From NCBI GenBank assembly GCA_965644295.1, contig CBFFRP010000208.1:62001-126000 (forward strand): a stretch of 64,000 nucleotides of DNA, written 5' to 3'. This document shows positions 52,617 through 64,000 of the stretch, piece after piece. The notes beneath the pieces are model-generated. The model was given only the letters and a program-made list of their open reading frames with translations. It made no database searches and was not told the DNA's origin. Source of the stretch: Paraphysomonas bandaiensis. Taxonomy: Eukaryota > Protista > Chrysophyceae. Position numbers and translations under genes: made by a program. Every line of letters starts with the position of its first letter. The first letter of the stretch is position 1.

Positions 52617-53043
52617 GCTGTGGATCAGTTCATCTCACCGACAAGACTCACAGGACGGGATATAAGTGACGTTAGATGTCTGTTGCTGACGGGCTGTAGG
52701 TGGAGAGGGTCATGAGCCCCCGCTGCTGCAGATGGTCATGTGCGTATGCTGCGCTGTACACTCCGCTAGATGCTCGTGGAACAATATACAAAATTCAAAC
52801 ACACAGCCAGAAGGGACTGTATACTGGAATACATGCAGAATACAGTGACTATAGACACTGTACCGTATACGTATACCGTATACAGGATTTTAGATACGTA
52901 TTGCATGTGTATGTGTGTATGTGTGTATGTGTATGTTGTTCTTGTCGAGGGTTGCTTCACTGTGATTGTATGCATGGGATTGTAGCGGAAGTGTTCGGGT
53001 TGGATCCGCACATACATGTATCTGTGTGTTATATCACACGCCT

Positions 53044-54473
53044 ATGAAGTTTATATCAATAGTCTGTATCTTGAGCTGTGTCAGTGTTGCTGAAGAAAAG
53101 GTCCCTCTGGATGGCGTTAGTTCAGCAGGGAGGTTCAGTGAGTTTGTTGATGGGGTAAACGGGACGCATTTTCTCGTTCCTAAATACGACTCTGTCATCG
53201 GAGTATCTCTGAAACTATTTGGCCATTATGAGCAGCCTGCCCGTAATGCTATTCTCCCGTCTATACCCAGGGACGGCGTAGTGTTCGATATCGGGGCGAA
53301 TATTGGCTCATGGACAGTACCGTTAGCGCGTCATGTTGGGCCCAGTGGATGTGTGTATGCATTCGAAGTTTTGCTTGAGAATGCATTATACTTGAACAGT
53401 AATATTGCATTGAATGGATTAAACAATGTGTATCCAATGAACGTCGCTGTTGGAGCAACACAGCGCCAGGTAGAGGTTCCCGAGTTACCGTTCACAGAAA
53501 CCCATGAAAACCGAGGAGGTTTCAATTTGTTGTTCATTGCCGCACTAATGGAGAATCATAAACGTGCTGGAGCTCGGACACGCATCGTTCGAGGAGTTAC
53601 TTTGGACGACATGCTGTCGGATAACACTTTGCCGTGCCCTCAATTCGTTAAAATGGATGTTGAAATGTCTGAGCTGCATGTATTGCAAGGTGCATTGAAC
53701 GTATTGCGCAATTGCCAGCCAGCTCTCTACTTGGAAATTACTTGTAAACATTATAGCCGCTCTATTATTACTTTGTTAGACAGTTTAGGATATGTAATGG
53801 CTTGGGTGGCTGCACCACCAATTGAATTCAATAGTTACCATTTCGGTAGAGGCGCAGAACACGTGCCCATTGAGCTCTTCTTTCAGGCAAGTATATATTA
53901 TGGTTCGTGGTCCTAGTATATATGCACATTCTATTGCTGTAATAGACAGCGGGAAGCACCTGTTCGGGAATATTATGTTTGAGTCCCTGTGTTCAGAAAC
54001 CAAAATAATTGTTACTTTTTTATGACAGGCTTTTTCGAACAATATCAATCTTTTTGCTGTTCCACGTTTTAGACAGTCCGAACTATATAATAGTAATGGT
54101 TCGCCGAAAACATATTTTTACCCTGTTGATATTGCAAGAGGAAAGTTTTTGGCAGAAGAATATAATATTACGTAAGCACCTATATTCTGCGCATTAGATC
54201 GCTTGTATTACACTATGTATAAGATTACATGACTTTATCATCGTGTGCTGGTAGATTTTAACTGTCTCGGCATGGCGTACTACTGTTTATAATATTGAAT
54301 TATATTGTATGTATTATAAATGGATGTACAGGTTGTGCACCACTGATGGCACTCAATGTGTACTGTATACGCAAGATGGCACAAGTGAAGGTGACAAACA
54401 CAGTTGCATATCAGGAAGTTTCGAAGTTCCAGCTGAGGACAGAGAATATTGGAAGCAAGTGTTGAATAATTGA
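53044..54473 (+). CDS. FkbM-family SAM-dependent methyltransferase with N-terminal signal peptide
   Basis: VFDIGANIG, VYAFE, VTLDD and FVKMDVEMSELHVLQGA; hydrophobic start MKFISIVCILSCVSVA; last exons approximate. Confidence 0.85.
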
Positions 54474-55334
54474 GTCAATAGCAAAATGCTGACACTTATC
54501 TTTGTAAAGTGATCGTTGGTTGGAAGTGTTGATTGTATTTAGTTGTGTCTATCGTTGATACGCAATGTCTGTTCCTGGGTGTATCATTGACATATGGTTC
54601 CTGGCTACTCGTCGCGATAATATATGAAACAAATAATAATACCTACTAGAGAATTTCTCATTGCGGAGAAGCCCATTTCTAGGAGTGGTTCGCTGAAAAG
54701 TTACGTAATACATTGGGCAAATGCAACTGAGGGTAATTCGATAACACATTCATTACGATTTAAGCAGTAGATTCAAATTATATTAATTTATTATAGATAT
54801 CACAGCATTACAAATATCTTGTGCACTAAGTGTTCTTTCATCTTGAGACAAATATATACAATCATGGGATATAGTTTTCACGCTTTACACTAGCCCAATA
54901 GCTAATATAAGTGTCACTTGTGTGTGACGTCTTTATATGTTAGAAACTTGTTCGTCAACTGCGAATGTTGGTGATGAACGATGACAATCTGCTTCAGGGT
55001 CTGACACTTGTTCTTCAACCTCTGAAACACTTTATACGCCCCTGCTCCTCCCTCCTCCTAGCAGCGTCATTTTTACTGTTGACTTCACGTCGTGCTTCTC
55101 GTTTCTCGTCCAATGTACTGCTTATGTCCTATGTGCCGCCAACGGCTGTTGCCGCGTCGTCTCCGAGCATAAGTACTAAAATACTACGGTATAAGTATTA
55201 GTGGTGAAGATAGCTATTTATGCGTATGCGATGTATCTAAAATCAGGCTATTCGGTTGGAGCATTTCCAATCTCTAGAGAGGCAAATGCAGCTATATACG
55301 CTGCATACATATATAATTACAAAGCACAAGTAGC

Positions 55335-55855
55335 CCCTCAACAAAGTCGGACTCGCACCTTTTCTGGGGGATAAGTACCGGAGAGATTCTCTCTGCTGGG
55401 AAGCTAACTTGAGCCGCAAACATATAGTCAGCAGATATTCTTCTGCCCACTCATAGCCGAATGCTTGTGTGGTCCAAGGGACATCAATAAGTGTCACTTG
55501 TGTAGACGTCTTTGGGCCCTGACGAATAAACAGGCATCCGGGAATGGGCCCACCTCAAGAGCATCCGGGACAGGGCCCACCTGAAGGGTAACCGGGGTAT
55601 TGGGCTGCCTGCTGAAGTCAAGCATCCGGGATGTTCACCTTAAGAACTCAGAGCGGAAGTGGTCGTACCTTGGTGCTTGCGGCGACGCACAAGCAGCTTC
55701 CGTAGCGTTAAATAGTAGGACAAAAAAAAGTGTGTACTGATTAGCTGATTTTAGTTACAGGTAGAGGTCTAACTAGTTTGTCTAGCATTCATCTAGCTAC
55801 TAAGTAGGTGCAGGTTTTTAACACCTATTATTGCTAATAATAAGACTTTCAATAT
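55335..55855 (+). mobile_element. Retroposon family A, copy with both ends (head, body, tail type 2), 521 bp
   Basis: Exact 12-bp TSD AGCACAAGTAGC at 55323-55334 and 55856-55867; no TIR, no poly(A); head has a 9-nt deletion across L3/P3'. Confidence 0.92.
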
Positions 55856-56071
55856 AGCACAAGTAGCAGAGAGGTAACTTTTTTGTAAAACGAAAAATAT
55901 ATTATACTTCTACTAACAACTATTATTAGGACTTTTTCTTTATCTTTAACCTCTCAGAGATGCAAAAAATTACAGTAAAATAATAATTCAATTCTTAGAT
56001 ATTATATATATATTACTATAATGAAACCTGGTGAAATTGCTTTTTATTAAGTTTTGGTATTTTACCTCCTC

Positions 56072-56560
56072 GACTTCTTTGGGCCTTTGACGAATAAAAA
56101 GGCATCCGGGAATGATTCCACCTCCAGGGCATCCGGGGTATTGGACTGCCTGTAGAAGTCAACCATCCGGGAATAGGCCTCTAACTCAAGGGCACCCGGG
56201 CTGTTCACCTTAAGGGCTCAAAGCTCCTGAAGTCAGCAGATATCAGGTATGTCAGCATTCTGTTTTCTCATAGCCGTATTATATATATATCACACTTCCG
56301 TTTCTACAATTTGATGACGAGTTAACGTTATTGGATACTTATATGTTTCATACGTTAGTGTGCACAAAACTGCACCAGTGAGGACCCGACGCTCGAACTA
56401 CTCTAATCTCTCCTTCATATAGTTTAGCACCTATCGGTGCATGTAGCAGAACTAGAATCATCTGATGATATATTAGTCATGTTACGCTTATTGTCGGGCG
56501 AGATTTTAAAGTTGGTTGCGACAACGAACAAGCGCTTCTTAATATTATTTATAATCAGAT
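56072..56560 (+). mobile_element. Retroposon family A, decayed body followed by tail type 3
   Basis: 56072-56270 matches the GCATCCGGG body; 56349-56560 matches 26597-27000 (reverse complement). Confidence 0.75.
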
Positions 56561-57462
56561 GTTATTCTATTTTATTGTACACGATGACAAGTAGAACAGG
56601 TATTTTGTGAATGTTGGTAGCCTTTGATATAAATAGCTGTTAAATAAAATTAAATACTGTATAGTTGCGGCGAAGTTTTTGTTAACGTATGATGTATAGC
56701 TTTCTTCAAACAATCTCTTAGTTGAAGATTATGCCTACCTGAACTTTCTCCTCTGGCTTAACAATAATTGTTAACTTTTCAATAAAAAATCTACAATTAT
56801 CACCGTTATCCTTATCTATTTATCTGTATCTCTTTGTAACTAAATCTACGACCTTTACAATAATGAGTGTAGTTGAAGGACATATATAAATGTAAGAAAA
56901 AATCAATGATCAACCCCTTTATACATACATGATAATTCAACTGAATACTCCATTATGTATGCAGCAGTTTAACGTAAATCAATAAACGATAAGAAACTAG
57001 AAAACTGAAATATAACATTGCCTATATTATATATAGAATATTTCATGTGAAAAAGTTGCTAGTAGTATGCTGTAAATAAGTAAATTATTGAAGAGTTTGG
57101 TGGTGGTAGTCTGTAGTCTGTAAATCCTAAGAGGATCCTCTCATTTACTCATGTGTAAATGCTGTCTCCAATCTCTACTTATTGATTACCAGGCTAAATA
57201 AACTATAGCTACAATACTACTAACAGAGTATTACCCTAATCGAAAGAAAGGCATTGCACTCCGCATGATAACGCTGATCTCATCTGCTACGATATTATTC
57301 TACCACTGAATATCAAACACAATATTTACGTTTGACTTTCATAGAAACATATAACAACAGCTGTAAAACAACTGTACTTCCGGTGTATTGCCGAGAACTA
57401 AATATTGGATAATAGAATACACTGCACTTTCCAACCACAAGAGTTAGGTCAGAGTGGAGCAA

Positions 57463-58381
57463 CTAGCAGCATCCTCCCGAAGAGGAACCCGACGATGGAG
57501 CGTCATCAATTATGACCAATTTATTCTTGCTTGCACCTGCTGGTCCAGTGCTTGCCCCGGCTTTCTGCTTTGTCCTCTTAATTAACCCTGAAATACAAAA
57601 CATTAACATATAAGCTGAGACAAGCGATTCCAAATGCGCGGTCACTGAAAGCAATAACATATTCAGTGTATAACGGTTACTATACAGTGTAGTTTTCCAC
57701 TAGTATGTATGCTTGCAATCCACAGCGTACGTACGTTGAGCTATGTCTGAAAACACCTCATCCAGACCCTTGTTTGATTTAGCGGAGGTGTGGAAGTGTT
57801 GCGCGCCCACGGAAGCCGCATACCTACATCACACGACAGTTAAAATACCTAAAGGATGAGTGGGTTCACTTTAACTTACTCCACAGCCTCCTGTTCGTTG
57901 ACATGTCTGTTTTTTTCGAGGTCTATCTTGTTGCCCGCAATGGCAATGGTAATGTCATTACCAACTATCTTACGAAGCTCTTTCACCCATTTCTTCACCT
58001 TCGTAAATGATTCAGCGTCAGTAATGTCATACACAAGTAACGCTCCATCTGTAAAGAAATTAGTGGACATCAACATCAAATCAGATGTGGTGTGTACCTG
58101 CATCTCTGTAGTAAATGGGGCCCAGGGCATGGAATCTTTCCTGGCCGGCTATACAGTGTTGATGAGTACCACTTACAACATATATAACACCACACACCTG
58201 TATCCCATACAGACAACTGAACAGAAACCCCTCCTACAGATATCTTCTTATCCAAATAACTGGCTTGCAGAGTAGACACTTGCTGATCGCTATACTCCCC
58301 GCGAATATATCGCAATAAAATAGACGTCTTACCCACCCGACCTTCACCTAACAAAACTATTTTGTATCGTTGGCTGCTCAT
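57463..58381 (-). CDS. RAB21: Rab GTPase Rab21
   Basis: YKIVLLGEGRVGKTS, STLQASY, WDTAGQERFHALGPIYYRD, GNKIDL and C-terminal GGCC. Confidence 0.95.
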
Positions 58382-58843
58382 AGTTACTCAAATAAACTTT
58401 AATGAATGACAATGTGATGCGATCAGACAACTGTATGTGTACACAGCAGTAGATGTAGCTCCAGCACGGTATACCTCCAGCATACCATACTTCGCTCAAT
58501 GGCATCATCCATGCGCCGTCTGGGCTGTGTAGAAGGAGGTATACCGTATAGCACTGTATTCCAGTGTTTATTGTTTGCAACTTTTACTTCTATAGGCGTG
58601 TTCGAGGTTTGCAAAAAACGCTTATGCGAACCCTAATCGCGATATATCGCGAGTGTGCTATAGGAATACACATGATGCACTGTACTGTATTCTGCAGTAT
58701 TTCTCATTTATGTCCAGTACACAGAAGCACCAGCAGCAGGGAGGAGTGGCTGCATGGTGGTGCCTGACAGTAAAGAAATCTTAAGTCTGCGAGTGACTAA
58801 CGCTGTCAACTTTAAGGATTGATCACACTACTACTTGAGATCA

Positions 58844-59389
58844 ATGCGATTTGTTCTTATAGTAGTTCAGGTTCTCTACTTACTGAGCAGTGCAGTGACG
58901 GCTGATTTGCTCACTGCGATATCCACCAACAAGAGATCCTCCATAAAAGCCGCACTTGAAAACATAGACAAAGATGAGATCAACAAAAGAGGAGCGGGCG
59001 GGCAAACACCTCTCATGCATGCTGTTTTAAGTGGAAAGACAACTGCTGTGGAGTTACTACTGGAGGCTGGCGCTGATTTCACGATACCCGAGAAAGACGG
59101 CTACACCCCCATGCACGGTGCCGGCTTTCAAGGAAGGGCTGATATTGCAGAGATACTTATTGATTATGGACTACCTGTTAGTGATATGCACGCAGATGGA
59201 TACACCCCACTTCATCGGGCTTGTTGGGGTTCTGAGAAGAGACATGCCGATACTGTTCTTGTGTTCCTAGAAGCTGGAGTTGATAAAGATGAACCCTCAC
59301 GAGATGGAAAGACATGTAGTGAGATGACTAGCAATAAGAGAACGAAAAAGATATTGCAAAAGTGGAAGGCTAGACTGCAAGATCTATAA
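58844..59389 (+). CDS. Ankyrin-repeat protein with signal peptide, single exon
   Basis: GQTPLMHA, GYTPMHGA and GYTPLHRA ankyrin repeats; hydrophobic leader MRFVLIVVQVLYLLSSAVTA. Confidence 0.9.
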   Translation: MRFVLIVVQVLYLLSSAVTADLLTAISTNKRSSIKAALENIDKDEINKRGAGGQTPLMHAVLSGKTTAVELLLEAGADFTIPEKDGYTPMHGAGFQGRADIAEILIDYGLPVSDMHADGYTPLHRACWGSEKRHADTVLVFLEAGVDKDEPSRDGKTCSEMTSNKRTKKILQKWKARLQDL

Positions 59390-61372
59390 ATAGGCTTTCG
59401 CGCTGTGTGTATATTTCTATTTCTGGTAAATAATATAATAGTTTTGAACAGTGCTATTTCATGTTTTCGGCATCCAATTTGAAATAATTAACATATGATG
59501 ATATGAAAATTATTTCAAATTACGACCTTTCACAATTTAGAAGTGATGCCCCATATCGAGGCAGAGTGTCCTCTATTGTAGTAAGCATATGGATTGAACT
59601 ACTATGCAATTCGCACATCGTTAAGGATAACAATGAATACTTCATGTGTACGATTCTGCACTATACATACATGGATCATATTTACGTGGTGGATATAAAT
59701 GCAATTTTTTTGCGTATTCCTTTTCAAATGGTTGGGGCGGTAAGGCGGCATTCGTAGAATAGGCGCACTTTAATATATATGTGCTGCCAATGTGACCTAA
59801 AAGAATAGAAGACTGTGTACAATCGGCAAAATTGTTAGCAAAATATTACTGATCATTGATAGTGATAGAGCACCAATGTAGGTATAAGACGCTTTATTAG
59901 TAGATTCGTCTTATATAGAATGAGAATTATGCAGAGATACAAGACGAATGGATCAAAGACACAATGGTTTTGATAATAGAAGACACCTGAGTGCTCTTGG
60001 ATATGAAGATAGAGTAGAAGGTAGTTCTAGAAAGAAGTCTGAAATGGTATATTTTTGATAAAGAAGGTTGGATTTTGGAAAGCTTGCTTACAATGTTGTA
60101 AAGAGCCTGAAGTCTGTACACCGCGGCCTCGAGAATAGCACTGCGAGTTGCTCAATCTGATTCTGTGAAGCTCGCTACCTACTCTGCCTCAACCCTCAAC
60201 TACACTTACTATCTAAGTATTGCAAAAATATGTACAATAAGTTAAGTTGAAATGAACTTATTCTCTAGAGAAATATTTATTATGATAGTTTCACAATAAT
60301 TCAGAATGGCGAGATAGTAGTGGAATATCAAATATAAGCAACATGGCTAAATCGCCTAGTGTAGCGAGAAGGAGGGCACGTAATATGCAACCAGCAATTA
60401 TTGGTTATACATTTAGCAGTACAAGTATCTTTTGCTAGCAAGGCAATCATAAGTGTCACACACTTCTTCTAGTACGTAGACAGTCACGACCTCTTTGCGG
60501 TTGCCCTATCAGTCGTTCAGTATCTTTCATAGTGAGGAATTCACGTTCATGAAAAACCGGCAATCCCTTCATCTACTCTATACGATGCAAGTGAACAACC
60601 TTCATCTATTAAAGCGCTGGATTCTCAAGCCCACAGGTCGCTGGGTTTCACATACAGCAGGCTGCCTTCTACTCGGAAAGAACAAAAGAGAGCAGTCGTG
60701 ACACCTGCAACCGATGACGAATACCTACACCATACGGCTGTTCCACTTAGCGAACCAGAGGCAGTATTGTTGACTGTAACGAGTTAGGGTCACGAGCTAT
60801 AAGCTAGAGGGAACATATCTCCACATTGCACACTACTTCCGTCTCATCACACTCTGATAGAGCTGAAGACTAATCGGCGAAGTCCTCATCTAAACCCTCC
60901 AATCATATCTGTTACTTCTTCATCCTCAACTTGCTTACTTCGTAAATCATTGGACACCCTACAAAGTGGAATAGGATGAAAATACGTCGACAAATTCAGG
61001 GATTTTGGGGAATCCCTACATTTATAAAGACGCTCATTGGTGGGTACGAACGTAAAAATACGTAAAGTACCCCTTTGCTGTCACCTTGACGAGAAAGCAT
61101 AGATAAAAAATCCTGTTTTTGTCCAGGATATCTGTACACAGCAGCACCAACTCTGTACGTATATTCTGTTCTGATTTTACTTCCTTCAGTTCCATACTTT
61201 ACGCTGTAGATACTGCTGCTGTATAGCGTACTATTACACTACAGCGAAGTTTTCTATGAGTAAGTTTACTTAATTCACATACCCCCCTAACAAATGAACC
61301 ACAGCCGTCTGAGAGGCTCCTCTGGTATCATTGATCTCAGTTGTGGCTGATCGATCATAGCATCAGCATATA

Positions 61373-63676
61373 ATGAGCGCTGTTGGAGACAGAGACACGT
61401 GTCGTGTGTGGGTTAAAGTGGGCGAAGAGCAGCCGTTTGATGTGGAGGTGTCCAGCAGCTGTATAGTTAACGACCTCAAGAGAGCAGTGAAGAGAGACAT
61501 GCCCATAATATTCTCTGCTGTAGACGCCGTTAAGATCGCTATCAGAGCCGCTGACGGCTCTCTCCTCTCTGCGGGTAAAGAGCGGCGTTGCTGTTGATCT
61601 CCTCACACTGTATATGATCATATAGGAACACGCTGCTGCGGTACTCGTGATGATAGCATAGGAACCAGTGACGACAACCCGTACTTAATCGACTCTCCCC
61701 CAACTCCATCTGCTTCCATCGCACTCGGTTAGTGTTCAGTAACGTTGAAAATATTTTCTAATTTATCCATAGGTCATGTAGCAGAAGTTCAAGCTGCTGG
61801 AAGTGTGGGTTCCGGGAAATTTAAAGCAGCCCCATCTACAATGCAAACTGCAGTAGAAACGCATGAGGAATATTCTCAGGAATCTATTAGGTCGACTCCC
61901 TTCTATCCCATAGAGGAGTCTTATCCTTCTGATGGGAACGAGAGTGGTGATCAAGATATATATCAGACAGATTTTGAGCGCCTATGCGAGTCGCTCTCGC
62001 GGTCCGTGTCATATAGTTCTCTGCGACGCACCCTGGCTATAGATCAAGTGTTTAGCAACGAGGATCTCGTCAGACTGCTTTTCACCTACGTAGGGTATAC
62101 GAGGTGTCTTCCACTGGTACTTACTTGCAGGGAGATTGCACGTTTATTCATTGTGAATGCGGGTCTGCCACTGCGCACAGATTATAGTGCATGTCTGGAC
62201 AACCAGACTATAGCTTCCTGGGCTAAGGCTTTCCCCTCGTGCCCCCTAAATAAGAATCACGTGCTCAGTCGTTTGGTACCAATTGGCGGTAGCTTGGATA
62301 TGGTCCGGTGGGCGTTGGACATACTTGAGAGTGAGCGAGTGGATCTTAGGTCCAAGGATGCAATGTGTGAAGCGGCCGCCCTTCACGGCCATAATCATAT
62401 AGTACAACACCTTACACTACAAAGGGGATGTCGTTGGAGTGCTGAGCTGACACACAAAGCCGCTATGGGGGGGCACCTACACACCCTTAGGTGGCTGAGA
62501 TCCCAGTCTGGACCCAACGAGAAACCCTGTCCGTGGACTCCAAAGGTGTGCAGCTCTGCCGCCCGCAACGGCTTTGTGGATATTCTGCGTTATATTTATC
62601 ATGAGGACCCTAGCCCTCTTACTTGCACAGTGAATATGATATCTTACGCTGCCAGCTACGCCGCAGATGTCGGTGTTCTCCATTTCGTGATGGCTGAATT
62701 TAGACCAGTAGACTTGATGCTGTCGGCAGGTTACCAACAGGCTTGTAGGGTGGCAGCAGAGTGTGGAAATCTTTCCGCACTACAGCTCTTGCGCAGTCAA
62801 GAAATGCCTTTCGATTGGCATCCGGATATGCTCAGACTGGCAATCAGAAACAACCATCTGCATGTTTTACAATGGCTTCACGAACAGCCCGGCTTCCCCT
62901 ATACGCATAATTCTCTTTCCTTTCGTACGGCTGCCAAGCATAATAGAGTGGAGATCCTCAACTGGCTGAAAGGACTAGAACCGGCGGTGGAGTGGGATAT
63001 ACGGACTTCACTCTGCGCTGCTGCAGAGGAGGGACATGTGGAAGTACTTAGGTGGGCTCGAAACCAAACACCGTCATTGCAGCCAGATTCTGCCACTGTT
63101 TTGACTGCGGCTATTTCTCATCGAGACTGTAGTTTGGAGACAGTACGATGGATGCGTGAGCAAAATCCACCATGGAAGTGGGACGCGAGTGCTGTCAACA
63201 AAGCCTGTAAATGTGGGAACCTGGATGTGCTACAATTCCTACGAGAGTCAAATCCACCCTGCCCATGGAGCTCAGCTGCACTCAGCCATGCTATTAAGAC
63301 CAATAATCTTGAGATCGTTAAGTGGCTGGTCACTCAGCTGTCCTGTCCTGGTCTCGCCATGGCGTGCAGTACTGCTGCCTATTCGGGGAAGCTCAACATA
63401 TTCCAGTACTTGTTGTCAGTGAATCCACAACTACCATGCAATCTTCGTGAAATCTGCATGACTTTGCACGAAGACATACGTAAGAACCATTCTAAGAGCA
63501 GCTCATTCCGGAACTGGGCTCTAAACGAAGTACTACTCTGGATAATGGAAAATCACGAACTTGAGTATCCTTATGACTCAAAGGTCTTGCGACGTCAGCT
63601 TAAGCGTAATCAGTACCCCGAGTCTTACTGCGCAATGCTCTCCAACCGCATTTGGTGTGACGAGGACGATGGGTAG
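61373..63676 (+). CDS. Subtelomeric protein: CRN-like ubiquitin-fold N-terminus plus (C)PW-type ankyrin-like repeats; intron 61575-61772
   Basis: Phase-1 GT-AG intron joins the 61373 and 61745 ORFs; repeated AA..GHL..L.WL....CPW units. Confidence 0.8.
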
Positions 63677-63957
63677 GAAGTAGATAAATAAGATGTTATC
63701 GTACAAACTGTATAAACTATGGAAAATTATATCACACCAATATTTCTACTTCAAACATGAATGCAAATGATGATTTTACTTAAACCAAGATATAGAATCG
63801 ATTCCTCTGTATAATTCAAATGAGCAGATTAAACAATATCAAAACAATATGATCGTAATTTGTGTTGGTTAGGGTTAGAGTTGGTAGTAGGTAAATAATT
63901 GTAGCGGAAATTGTTGTACAAACTGTATAAACATTGGAATATTATATCACCCAACTA

Positions 63958-64000
63958 TTAGGGTTAGGGTTAGGGTTAGGGTTAGGGTTAGGGTTAGGGT
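63958..64000 (+). repeat. Telomere (TTAGGG)n
   Basis: Seven perfect TTAGGG units run to the end of the window, G-rich strand pointing outward. Confidence 0.97.

Noticed and set aside
55515-55550. CTGACGA as a hammerhead ribozyme core
   Set aside because: No stem II followed by GAAA, and the motif is not kept in other copies (TTGGCGA, TTGTTGA).
106-58200. Numerous uniformly short introns as possible introner elements
   Set aside because: No sequence similarity or terminal repeats shared among introns by eye.

Overview
Eukaryotic chromosome end. The ARF1 sequence, ~40-60 bp introns and (TTAGGG)n telomere at 63958-64000 suggest a stramenopile/ochrophyte-like protist (inference). The window holds 20 mostly intron-containing genes: ARF1, a DUF2064/TIGR04282-type transferase, RBFA, a hypothetical protein, PP2A B'', DNAJC25, a divergent kinesin, COPE, NUP107, LIN9, a subtilase, DDX1, COX4, BCAT, NECAP, EXO1, an FkbM methyltransferase, RAB21, a secreted ankyrin protein and a subtelomeric CRN-like/ankyrin gene. 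Sixteen consecutive genes (6103-59389) alternate strand perfectly, forming eight head-to-head pairs 0.4-0.8 kb apart, separated by 1.4-3 kb convergent spacers. Each of the seven spacers carries at least one piece of a short non-LTR retroposon family (about 13 pieces, variable 9-16 bp target-site duplications). Its 5' ~87 nt fold by eye into an HDV-like self-cleaving ribozyme resembling the Pr77/79-nt signature of trypanosomatid ingi/L1Tc/SIDER elements, and one of its 3' tails is shared with a 5'-truncated RTE-like LINE relic. This ribozyme-headed, SIDER-like family downstream of genes is the main candidate novel system. Exon boundaries and family assignments come from manual reading and motif recognition, not database searches.
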